Source: Octopus vulgaris (Eukaryota). Taken from it: 64,000 bases of DNA. Under the pieces are notes generated by a model, which was given only the letters and a program-made list of their open reading frames with translations, was not told the origin of the DNA and searched no databases. Positions 52,643 to 64,000 of this stretch are shown piece by piece. Position numbers and translations under genes: made by a program. How positions within the stretch are numbered: position 1 is the stretch's first letter; each line of letters opens with the position of its first letter. The DNA is taken from positions 4,588,001 through 4,652,000 of the forward strand of contig OX597815.1 of NCBI GenBank assembly GCA_951406725.2, written 5' to 3'.

Positions 52643-53582
52643 TTATAATAATAATGAAATTAATTGTATACAGTGCTCAGGTGCACCACAACTTGTCAAA
52701 AGTGCGTATAAAGCATATGCAGTAATGTACAAATGTCTGGGAAGTGAACAGTGTATGAGTCAGATACATGCTTGCATGTGTATAGAGGGTAGAGAAAATC
52801 AGGTGTAGTGTTGGCAAATCTCAGGAAGCATGGAAGTTTTGAAGGATGCAGTGCTCCGACAACTAACAACTGATGCCGGCAGTTTGTTCCATGTTTCAGC
52901 AACTTTTAGCGTGAAAAAATGTTTCCGAAAGTCATGGAAGAAGCTGTGCTGTTTTTTGACTTTGTAAACATGTCCACGGGTGTTAGATGGGTGCTGTTTG
53001 AAAAGGTGCTCAAAGTCATTGTTTGTAAGATGGTTAATAATTTTATGGGTGTCTGCCAAGTCAGCTGCCAGATGTCGGAGTTTCAATGTATCCATGCCCA
53101 GGGAAGTAAGGCGTTCAGAATATGGCAAATGCCTGATGGAGGATATTCTCTTGGTTGCACGTCGCTGGACAGTTTCCAGACGGTTAATATCCTGGGCAAG
53201 ATAGGGGTTCCAGACCGGTGATGCAAATTCCAGGTGAGGTCACACCATAGCTATATAAAGCCACAGATAGATAGCCGGAGAGCAGCCCACAAAGGACTTA
53301 GTGAGTGATGCCAAGACAGCCTCAGCTTTCTTGGCAATTTTGGCGATGTGTTTTGTCCAACGCAAATCGCTGTCGACAATAACGCCCAGATCACGTTCAC
53401 ACGAAGACTTTTTGAGATTAGTGTTGTGGAGGGAGTGAATAGACGCTGGGTTTATCCTCCCAAAATGCATGGTGGTACATTTGTCCACAGCCAGCTTGAG
53501 TTGCCAGTCCATGATCCACTGCTGCATTGTGTCCAGGTCTGATTGCAATAGAGATCCATAGCGTACAGGATAAGGGATGAAC
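52643..53582 (-). mobile_element. CR1-type LINE 3' portion (same family as 44612-45218)
   Basis: LQSDLD..W..DWQLKL.VDKC..ERDLGVIVDSDLRW..; the 3' end is shared with 44612-45218. Another copy lies at 57910-58262(-). Confidence 0.9.
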
Positions 53583-53652
53583 AAATAACTAGTATAATGT
53601 TTATTTTCAAACAATTCTTACTTTTAACACAAAGATAAGATTTCCTTTTTAC

Positions 53653-53760
53653 CTTTTGGAACGAGTCTATGTCAGTGATATCGTATACCAATATAGCGCC
53701 ATTGCTGTCTCTGTAATATATGGGTCCTAGAGCATGGAATCTCTCTTGACCAGCAGTGTC
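53653..53760 (-). CDS. RAB21: Rab21 small GTPase, internal exon (108 nt, phase 0-0)
   Basis: Acceptor tttccag|GAC, donor AAG|gtaaaa. Encodes [36 protein letters not shown]: G3 box plus the Rab21-diagnostic [16 protein letters not shown]. Confidence 0.96.
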
Positions 53761-54689
53761 CTGGAAAACAAGAAAAGAAAACATCTTAACAAAACGAAGA
53801 TGGAATGAAATCACTACCTTTCTACAGAATATATTAAACTTCAGGCAGACAAAAGTAGGAAACAGAGATACCATTCTTGAGTGGAAGGGGAATACAGACA
53901 GGGTGGTCACAGCTGAGTCACCTCTGATCTCTGGTTATTTTCAATAACAATTCATCTGAGTCATGTTTCACTTACATGGACAACCACTGATTTCCAACTG
54001 TAGTTATTAAATATGGAGAATGTCTTGAGAAAATAATAATAACAAAAGAAGTTATTTCCCCATCCTCCTTAGAATTAGCCAATGATACACGTTACTTATA
54101 GAAATTTGGAATTAACTTTAACTCTTTACTATTTCTTTACTACCCACAACGGGCTAAACACAGAGAAGACAAATAAGGACAGACAAATGGATTAAGTCGA
54201 TTACATCGACCCCAGTGCGTAGCTGGTACTTAATTTATTGACTCCGAAAGGATGAAAAGCAAAGTTGACCTCGGCGGAATTTGAACTCAGAACACAACGG
54301 CAAACGAAATACCTATTTCTTTACTACCCACAAGGGGCTAAAAACAGAGAAGACAAACAAGGACAGACAAACGGATTAAGTCGATTACATCGACCCCAGT
54401 GCGTAGCTGGTACTTAATTTATTGACCCCGAAAGGACGAAAAGCAAAGTCGACCTCGGTGGAATTTGAACTCAGAACACAACGGCAAACGAAATACCGCC
54501 AAGCATTTTGCCCGGCATGCTAACGTTTCAGCAGTTGAATGGTAAATGGTTCAACATTTGTGTTAGGTTTTGGTGGAGCTTAGTGGATTGTTTCAATGTT
54601 AAAGAGCCTTCAGAGTAACTAGTCCTGGAAGTATAAAACCGTTTGTCATGTGAACAAGTTCATCAATTGTTCGGTGATGGTCCTCCAAC

Positions 54690-55066
54690 ATCAGCTTATG
54701 GATTTTCGAGACGTTTTCAATTGTTTGGGAGGTTGAAGATCACCCTGAACGAGGTTGGTCTTCAAGCGACAAGTGAAGTGACCATTCCTCCTAAAGCGTG
54801 GAAACCACTCGAAAGCTTGTGCTTTGCTCGTGGCAGCATCCTTGTCAGCTGTTTCAGGCAAGACAACTGTTTTGGCTGCTGTTTTCCCCAACAGAAAGCA
54901 ACGAACAAGGAAGAAGCAATGCAAAACAAAGACACACCACATGACAGAATGACTTCACCTGATGCCTGAGGATCTCATCAAGTGGCTTCTAGTGGCAGAA
55001 GACTGAACTACAATGGGCTTGTTGCACAGAGGATGTTTTTGGTTAACTTTGGATACCCCCTCGTAT
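54690..55066 (-). mobile_element. Decayed mariner 5' fragment
   Basis: CFLLGKTAAKTV..SKAQAFEWFPRF resembles the mariner HTH; terminus ta-cgagggggtatccaaag on the minus strand. Confidence 0.65.
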
Positions 55067-55151
55067 ATATGTGTGTGTGTATAATCATCTTCCACATCAT
55101 TTACGCATATACACTCACACACATCCATATACACATCACTATATCTTTGAT

Positions 55152-55387
55152 AGTAAAGATTGTTTGCCAACATGGCAGTCCTTGTTTAGGATGAATGTTG
55201 CTGTGATTTAGCCCCAAGAGACATCGTCTCCAGCTGGCTTTGCGACATGATCTGTGTCCTTATATTTTCGAACAAGGGAATCTAGCACCCCAACTCAGCT
55301 CAAAACAATATCTGTGTATCGTGATTTTTGGGTTATTTCCCTTCATCAGCACAGAATGGGGGTGCTAGATTCCCTTGTTTGAAAATG
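55152..55387 (-). mobile_element. Truncated copy of the 61-kb retrozyme-like family with a mutated hammerhead
   Basis: 55152-55355 is the reverse complement of part of the 61-kb unit. The hammerhead at 55311-55355 reads CCCAAAAAUC instead of CCCGGAAAUC, so G12 is lost. A short inverted segment follows at 55357-55387. Confidence 0.7.
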
Positions 55388-55849
55388 TAAGTAGAACTAA
55401 AAATTATCATCATTTTAACATTCATTTTCCAAACTTCTTACCCCACAGCTAATCCTGCACCTATTTCATGCCATCATCATCATCATCATCATCATTGATT
55501 AACATCTGTTTTCCATGCTGGCATGGGTTGGATGGTTTGACTGAGGTCTGGAAAGCCAGTGGCTGTACCAGACTCCATTCTGATCTGGCAATGTTTCTAC
55601 AGTTGGATGACCTTCCAAATTCCAACCACTCCAAGAGTGTAATGGGTGCTTTTTATGTGCCACTGGCACAGGAGCCACTCAGGTGGCTCTGGCATCAGCC
55701 ACATTTGGATAGTGCTTTTTACATGCTACCAATATGGAAGCCAGTCAGGCGGCACTGGCCCCAGCTACGACTTTGGCTTTATTTGACTCAACATGTCTTC
55801 TCAAGCATATCAAATCACCCGATGCATCAAGGGTACTTTTAAACGGGCC

Positions 55850-56800
55850 AACACTGACATCGGCCAGGGCTGCATTCTCACTTTACTTGCCAGGTCTTCT
55901 CAATCACAGCATATCTCCAGAGGTCTCGGTCTCCTATAATTGCCTTTGTGAGGCCCAACATTCGAAGGTCATGCTTCACCACCTCATCTCATGTCTTCCT
56001 GGGTCTACCTCTTTCACAGGTTCCTTCCAAAGCTGTCCTCATCAATATGTAAAACATGACCATACCAGCACAGTCGTCTCTCTTGAACACCACATCTGAT
56101 GCTTCTTATGTTCAGGGTGTTCACACTGTCATGTATGCACACTGACATTACACGTCAAGCAGATCATATTAGCTTTATTTCTTTCAAGCCTATGCATGTC
56201 CTCAGCAGTCAAGGCCCATGTTTCACTGCTGTGTAGCATGGTTTTTTGCACACATGCATCATACAGTCTACCTTTCATCCTGAGTGAGAGGCCTTTAGTT
56301 GCCAGCAGAGGTAGGAGCTCCCTGAACTTTGCCTAGGCTATTCATATTCTAGTTGCTTCATACTCGGAGCAACCACCCCCACAACAGACTTGGTCTCCTG
56401 TTCTGTTAATAGAAGGTGGCATCTCTGTTGATGTAGCTTTGCTAGGCAAGGTGGTTTTGTGCTTGCATCTCCCAGGTATTGGGGGGTTAATTTCAAAGCT
56501 CTTCTGTGCGGCTGTGAGCATATTCTTGAAGCATTTTTTCTATCCATTTTGCGTGCACTTGCTTTCCACCAGTTCACTGTAAAACAGTCACTTGAAGAGT
56601 TGTGTGTTAGACATTTGAACACTAGGTGGCCTGCCCACCTCACTTGCGATACAGAAGCAGGAAAATAGCACAAAATACCTGATTCCCCAAAAGAATAAGG
56701 ATTTAGGAGAACCCACCTTGTTGAGATAACTGGTGAAGACAGTGTGGAATAAACGTTGATGATGCCACCCATATCATAAGTAGCTGTCCAAAAATGTCTT
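55850..56800 (-). mobile_element. Decayed RTE fragments (two families abutting near 56340)
   Basis: SQVRWAGHL..KMDRKNASR-type RTE C-terminus at 56340-56790, and pieces matching the 15650-16393 RTE at 55850-56340. Confidence 0.65.
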
Positions 56801-57396
56801 CACATTTTTATCTGTTAGCAAGACACTTGCTTAACCATTTTTCTCTCAACGTCAGTGTTTTCCCACATTTCAACACTTTCAAACAAACGGACATACAGAC
56901 AAATATATTAACTTCATAATCTTCCAGGCTTAATAGTCATTAGTTTCTGCCAACAAAGCCATCACCAATTTCCTTAGATTCTGAATTCCTGTTCTATATT
57001 ATTTATATGTTTCTAAATTCTCAAAATGAAATGGTATTTTATGTGGTAAGTAGCTTGCTTACCAACCCCATGGTTCTGGGTTCAGTCTCACTGTGTGGCA
57101 CCTTGGGCAAGTGTCTTCTACCATAGCCTCGGGCCGACCAAAGCCTTGTGAGTGGATTTGGTAGACAAAAACTGAAAAAAGCCCCCCCCCATATATATAT
57201 ATATATATATATACATATATACTCTTTTACTTGTTTCAGTCATTTGACTGGGGCCATGCTGGAGCACCGCCTATAGTCGAGCAAATCGACCCCGGGACTT
57301 ATTCTTTTTGTAAGCCCAGTACTTATTCTATTGGCCTCTTTTTGCCGAACCGCTAAGTGACGGGGACGTAAACACACCAGCATGCTAGGGGAACAA

Positions 57397-57427
<31 letters not shown>

Positions 57428-58474
57428 CATATATATGACAGGCTTCTTTCAGTTTCGTCTACCAAATCCACTCACAAGGCATTGGTCGGCCCGGGGCTAT
57501 AGCAGGAGACACCTGCCCAAGATGCCACGCAGTGGGACTGAACCCGGAACCATGTGGTTCGTAAGCAAGCTACTTACCACACAGCCACTCCATATATATA
57601 TATGTGTATGTATTTGTGTTTTTCTCCCCTACCATCACTTGACAACCGGTGGGGGGGTGTTAATGTCCCCTTGTCACTTAGCGGTTCGGCAAGAGAAGTT
57701 GATAGAATAAGTACTAGGCTTACAAAGAATAAGTCCTGGGGTTGATTTGCTCGACTAAAAGCCGGTGCTCCAGCATGGCCACAGTCAAATGACTGAAACA
57801 AGTAAAAGAATAAAAGAACAGCTAGAGGTGGTATTTTGGTAGCCCTGCGAAGCTAATCTTAGCAGCTTATCACTGAGTGTGTGTGTTTGTTGTGTTTTCA
57901 TATAGATGTATAATAATAATAATAATAATGAAATTACTGTATACAGTGCTCAGGTGCACCACAACTTGTCAAAAGTGCGCATAAAGCACATGCAGTAGTG
58001 TACAAATGTCTGGGAAGTGAACAATGCATGAGTCAGGTACATGCTTGTGTGTGTATGGAGGGGAAAGAAAATCAGGTGTAGTATTGGCGAATCTCAGGAA
58101 GCATGGAAGTTTTGAAGGATGCAGTGCTCCGACAACTAACAACAGATGCCGGCAGTTTGTTCCATACTTCAGGAACTCTTAGCGTGAAAAAATGTTTCCG
58201 AAAGTCATGGAAGGAGCTGTGCTGTTTTCTGACTTTGTAACCATGTCCACGGGTGTTAGACGGGTATGTGTGAAAGTAAATAACCCAGCTGAATTGAACC
58301 TGTGTCCTCTGGTTAGAACATAATCTGCTGCTGCTGCTATCGCTGCCACCACCACCACCACCACCACCACCATCATTATCAGTATATTACGATAAATGGC
58401 TCTCCCCTTCTCAGTTTCATTCATGACCTCACCAGTTCAGTCAGTAACATACATTTCGGTGCAGCAGCAGTAGT

Positions 58475-58506
<32 letters not shown>

Positions 58507-58987
58507 CAGCAGCAGCAGTAGTAGCAGCACGGTTGTTATTTGGCTACAAACACAACAGATGTGAATTTATATTCCACGTCCTATGTAAAACCGTGATTTC
58601 ACTTCTTCTCAACACTTCCTTAAGCCGCCACCGCCGCAGCCGCCACCACCACCACCACCACCCGTGCCACTGCCACCCCCCACCTTGCACTTTTAATTCA
58701 GCCAGTCTTATCTGTTCGCAGCATCCTCTTCTGTACACATCAACTGATGCTTGCAGTGCTTGGCAGCTTCTCTCAGTTCACACGCAGTTTGCTTTTTTTT
58801 CAGCCAAGTTTAAGCAAAGCACATTTAAAATAGTAATTTACTTACTGACTTGTTAGTCAACCTGCTAGAAATAGCACCCAAATCTCCTCTTCCATACAAT
58901 AATGCAAAGTTCCAGAAGAAGAGCATAGACTTTACAAAACTTCTGCATTGAAAGCCCATGTTTCACCATTGCAGTTTGTAGACTAGC

Positions 58988-59041
<54 letters not shown>

Positions 59042-59609
59042 GAGAGAGAGAGAGAGAGATAGATAGATAGAGATAGAGAGAGAGAGAGAGAGAGAGGCTA
59101 TAGCAAAAGACACTTGCCCAAGGTGCCACGCAGTGGGACTGAACCCGGAACTATGTGATATATATATATCATCATCATTGTTTAATGTCCATTTTCCATG
59201 CTGGTATGGGTTGGACAGTTTGACAGGGGTCTGGGAAGCCAGGATGCTGCACCAGGCCCTATATGATGGGCTTCTTTCAGTTTCTGTCGACCAAATTCAC
59301 TCACAAGGCTTTGGTCGGCCCGAGGCTATAGTAGAAGACACTTGTCCAAGTTGCCATGCAGTGGGACTGAACCCGGAACCATGTGGTTGGTAAGCAAGCT
59401 TCTTACCACACAGCCACTCCTCAATCAACTCTCTCCGTTTCCGGTTCAGGCAGAGTTTCGGTTGTGTTTGTGTTTTCCAACCTGTTTGTTTTTAAAACGC
59501 TTGATTTCTGTGGCAGGTATTGGAATTTTACGTAAACTTCTGATTGCTAATCATTCAGGCATGAAATAGCAGTGGAAGTCTATTGTCAGCAAAGCAACTG
59601 AAATTAATT

Positions 59610-60070
59610 GGATGATAATGATGATGATGATGATAGTAATAATAATAATAATAATGATAATAGTAATAATAATAATAATGATAATAATAATAATAATAAT
59701 AACAATAATAATAATAATAGTAATAATAATAATAATAGTAATAATAATAATAATAATGATGATAATAATAATAATAATGATAATAATAAAATATTGATGA
59801 TGATGATAATAATGATAATAATAAAATATTGATGATGATGATGATGATAATAATAATAATGATGATAATAATAATAATGATAATAATAATAATAATAACA
59901 ATAAAAATAATAATAACAATAATAATAGTAATAATAATAATAATAATAATAGTAATAATAATAATAATAATGATGATAATAATAATAATAATGATAATAA
60001 TAAAATAGCGATGATGATGATGATAATAGTAATAATAATGATAATAATAATAATGATAATAATAATAATG
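59610..60070. repeat. (AAT)n-type microsatellite; representative of many trinucleotide tracts
   Basis: Similar tracts: 1056-1262 (TAT/TGT), 9838-10190 (GAT/GGT/GGA), 12035-12208, 12998-13162, 29860-30175, 32160-32480. Confidence 0.95.
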
Positions 60071-61177
60071 GTAAAAAAAAACAGACAATAAAATCCCATT
60101 TCCCATGAGTAGGGGCTTGTAGCTTGCAAATATCAATTATTTGTAACAAGTTCTTTCAACATAATTGGAAGAGTGTTTTAATAACACCATCACATGGTTA
60201 CTTGGATACATTGAACAGAGTCTACTCTGTTCTACACAAGTGGACCAATACTTTACCTGAAGAGGGACAGGTGTAGGCATGGCTGTATGGTTAGGAAATG
60301 TGTTTTCCAAAAAACATGGTTTGGGGTTCAGTCCCACCGCATGGAACCTTGGGCAACTGTTTTCTGCTACAGCCCTAGGCGAACCAGAAACCTTGTGAGT
60401 GGATCTGATAGAAAGGTGCTGGTGCCATGTAAAAAGCATCCAGTACAATCTGTAAAGAGGTTGGCATTAAGAAGGGCATCCAGCTGTAGAAACCATGCCA
60501 GAGCAGACAATTGGAACCTGGTGTGAGCCCTGGCCTTATCAGCTCCTGTCAAACCCCTAGCCCATGCCAGTACGGAAAACTGGTGTTAAATAATAATGAA
60601 ACGAGAAGAAGCCCATTGTGTGTATCTCCTTGTCTTAACATTGCATGAGAGTTGTAAATGAGTGTCCCTGTCATACAAGCAGTGTCGTTCATTTCCAATG
60701 TTCTGTGAGAACATGTTTGCACATGGGGAAATATGACCTTAAATGGAAACAGGTAAAAGTTGACAGCAGGAAGTGCTTCTGGCCAGGTTTTATAGTGATC
60801 TCAAAGTCTTCTATCAAGATTTTATGTTAATTTGTGCAGAAAACACCAGCTTAATAACAACAAAATTAATCGAAACAAAGGTAGTGTAAAGATTGTTTGC
60901 CAACATAACCTGGCAGTCCTGGTTTAGGACAAATGTTGCTGTAATTTAGCCCCAGGAGACATCGTCTCCAGCTGGCTACATGACATGATCTGTGTCCTTT
61001 TGTTTTCGAATATATTGGCAAACAATCTTTACTCCAAAGTACCGTTAATGAATATCTCTCATTGTGAAATTTACAAATAGTAATTTTCTAATTTATAGAT
61101 CAGTGACTAGTTGTCATGTTGAAAACTGTATATTTCGAACGGGAATTTAGCAGCACCACCTCTAGCCAAACAATTAT

Positions 61178-61222
61178 TCTGTGCTGATGAAGGGAAATAA
61201 CCCAGAAATCGCAATACACAGA
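61178..61222 (+). ncRNA. Type I hammerhead ribozyme motif (other unit; stem III mismatch)
   Basis: UCUGUG-CUGAUGA-A-GGG(AAAUAA)CCC-A-GAAA-UCGCAA-UA^CACAGA; predicted cleavage after 61216. Confidence 0.62.
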
Positions 61223-61529
61223 TATTGTTTTGAGCTGAGTGGGGGTGCTAGATTCCCTTGTTCGAAAATATAAGGACACAGATCATGTCGTATAGCCAGC
61301 TGGAGACAATGTCTCCTGGGGCTAAATTACAGCAACATTTGTCCTAAACCAGGATTGCCATGTTATGTTGGCAAACAATCTTTACTCCAAAGTACCGTTA
61401 ATGAATATCTCTCATTGTGAAATTTACAAATAGTAATTTTTCTAATTTATAAATCAGGGACTAGTTGTCACATTGAAAACTATATTTCGAACGGGAATTT
61501 GGCAGCGCCACCTCTAGCTGAACAATTAT

Positions 61530-61574
61530 TCTGTGCTGATGAAGGGAAATAACCCGGAAATCATGATACACAGA
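61530..61574 (+). ncRNA. Type I hammerhead ribozyme motif
   Basis: UCUGUG-CUGAUGA-A-GGG(AAAUAA)CCC-G-GAAA-UCAUGA-UA^CACAGA. Stem I is 6 bp and extendable; stem III is the palindrome AUCAUGAU; predicted cleavage after 61568. Confidence 0.72.
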
Positions 61575-62162
61575 TATTGTTTTGAGCTGAGTGGGGGTGC
61601 TAGATTCCCTTGTTCGAAAATATAAGGACACAGATCATGTTGTATAGCCAGCTGGAGACGATGTCTCCTGGGGCTAAATTACAGCAACATTCGTCCTAAA
61701 CCAGGACTGCCATGTTATGTTGTCAAACAATCTTTACTCCAAAGTACTGTTGCTGAATATCTCGTGAGATTCAAAACTAGTAATTTTCAAACGTAGTGTA
61801 TTTCAACAGAAATATGGGGTCAGCTTAGAAAACGGACATTAAATAATGATGATGATGATGATGATGAGAGTATCATGTGTCCAGTAGTAAGTTGAAAAAC
61901 TTTTATCGACTGAGCTTCACCAAGCAATTAGTAAACAACCTCACCCCACTGCCACCGGGGGTCATGGTGGGGGGTGGCTAAGAATCTATGAATTAATAAC
62001 AAAATAGTAAACCATCAAATGCCTTCACATCTAAAATACTGAAATTAATTATAGTTTGCAGCCCAGAAAGAGAAGGATAAGAATAAGGACAACAACGATG
62101 ATTGCTAATTTGAAATTAGGTTAAGAAATGTCAGCTGAATCATTAATTTTGATGTGAGTCAC

Positions 62163-62217
<55 letters not shown>

Positions 62218-62789
62218 CAAGAAAAGCTTTTAAACACTCTTCTAAATAATTTCCATGTTTCTGCTTAACATAGAAATACAATAAATCCTGTTAATATAAT
62301 AAAAATTTAGCCGTCTTTTAAATTTTAAAATGTCTATTCAACTTTATCTAATTCTGTCCTCTCAAACATGCCTGAGAAGCCGTAGTAGGTCAATGGAGTT
62401 GCAGGTAAAGTCACTCCTCTAGAAATATATATACATATCAGAATATATATTAGGTCAGTACATATGTAGAGCATTTGAAGGCCACCTGCTTGATAGACAT
62501 TTATTTATTTATTTAATTTATTTTATTTTATTTAACTTTATTACACAATAGGCGTAAGAGTGGCTGTGTGGTAAGTAGCTTGGTTACAAACCACATGGTT
62601 CCTGGTTCAGTCCCACTGCGTGGCACCTTGGGCAAGTGTCTTCTACTATAGCCTCGGGCCGACCAAAGCCTTGTGAGTGGATTTGGTAGACGGAAACAGA
62701 AAGAAGCCAGTCGTGAGCGCCATACTAATACAATTGTTTGTTTGTATTCCACCTGCCTTCGTCTTTTGTCTATTTTCATAAAGCTTCCC

Positions 62790-62874
<85 letters not shown>

Positions 62875-64000
62875 TTGTGTGTCTGTATTCCCCCCCCACC
62901 ATCGCTTGACAACCGGTGGGGGGGGGGGTGTTAATGTTCCCCTGTCACTTAGCGGTTCGGCAAAAGAGACTGATAGAATAAGTACTGGGCTTACAAAGAA
63001 TAAGTCCTGGGTTCGATTTGCTCGACTAAAGGCCGGTGCTCCAGCATGGCCACAGTCAAATGACTGAAACAAGTAAAAGGAAAAGGAAAGGAAAGGAATG
63101 TCTTACACAGCAATACATCACCACTGTTACCTTTCAAATACTACTTCAGAGAGAAGAACCGTGCACTCTGTCCCTCTTCCTTTTCTGCAGAGAAACTCTC
63201 CTTACAAATTTGCATGTCTGCCCTCTCCTCAACCACCGTTTCATTTTCATTTCCCATGCTGACAATTAAAGTGGACTTTCATTCCCATGCTGGCAATGAA
63301 AGTGGCAATGAAAGACTGCCCTTCCTAACGCCAACCACTCTGAGAGTGTAGTGGGTGTTTTTTACATGCCACTGACCTGACACCAGCATCAGCCATGACT
63401 ATGGTCTCACTTGGCTTCACAGCTCAACACAAGCATGGTATATCACCAAGGGTCTCGGTCACCTATCACTGCCACCATGAGGCCCAACACTTGAACACTG
63501 CATTTTAGGTGCCAGTCAGACGGCACTGGTATTGGCCACTAGCTGCATCAGAGAATTACATCTCTGATATTTGCTTATAACTGGATGACCATTCCTAACA
63601 CTGACCACTGGTGTTGTTGTTTTTTGTTTTTTCTTGTAGCACCATTACTAGAAAGGTTGTTATGCATTTGCCCAGGCTAAACGGGCCTCTTGATCCCAAC
63701 ACTTAACTAGGTGCATCTTATAGTAGCACCAGCATTACGGGGGTATTGGAGTGGGGGTGAGAACCTGGTGACCAGCAATAAATAATGAGAGAATATATAA
63801 TATGGATGTTTGCACCAAACAGTGAAGCGAGGAATAGAACGAGGACCATGCATGTATCTCAAGAGAGCTAGTAGGGTGATAAGGAAGTGAGAATGGGGTA
63901 GGTGGAATGCTGGTGAAAGGGCCAGATAGCATCTCTGGCATTACTGAAACAATGAGTATGATAGGCCAAATTTTTGCAAAGGAGAATTTGAAGCCATGTT

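Larger units (their letters stand above)
60881..61800 (+). mobile_element. Retrozyme-like (hammerhead-bearing, non-coding) tandem element
   Basis: Direct units of ~352-353 bp start at 61015, 61368 and 61720 (partial). An inverted partial copy occupies 60887-61010. Direct repeat GTAGTGTA at 60881-60888 and 61793-61800. Each full unit holds one hammerhead motif. Confidence 0.75.

Noticed and set aside
53452-53910. 152-aa ORF as a single Rab protein
   Set aside because: Only 53653-53760 is Rab-like and splice-bounded; the rest is intron and CR1 sequence.
53761-64000. Rab21 N-terminal exons (P-loop and ASFL..NLAIW)
   Set aside because: I scanned the unique minus-strand stretches by eye and found no match. 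They are presumed to lie outside the window, though a short exon could have been missed.

Overview
This is repeat-saturated, AT-rich animal genomic DNA. The SINE, LINE and microsatellite landscape resembles an octopus (coleoid cephalopod) genome; that assignment is inference. The one gene I can identify confidently is Rab21 on the minus strand. Four GT-AG exons (53653-53760, 50103-50221, 45473-45561, 42995-43110) splice in frame from DTAGQE to a C-terminal SSGCC prenylation motif. I did not find its N-terminal exons, which probably lie beyond 64000. A chain of weak, phase-compatible candidate exons on the plus strand (about 11.8-28.9 kb) may be the 3' end of a second, convergent gene with alternative last exons. 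The rest is tRNA-derived SINEs, RTE, CR1 and Penelope fragments, mariner/maT/hAT/piggyBac-type remnants and long microsatellites, and most long ORFs in the track are microsatellite artefacts. Two signals stand out. First, seven minimal type I hammerhead-ribozyme motifs occur in four small non-coding repeats. These include a retrozyme-like array of ~352-nt tandem units with an inverted 5' part and an 8-bp TSD (60881-61800) and a tRNA-headed hammerhead element (40320-40950). Second, a TIR/TSD-bounded MITE in a Rab21 intron has had its right ~250 bp, TIR included, amplified into a 16-copy, 4.1-kb satellite.
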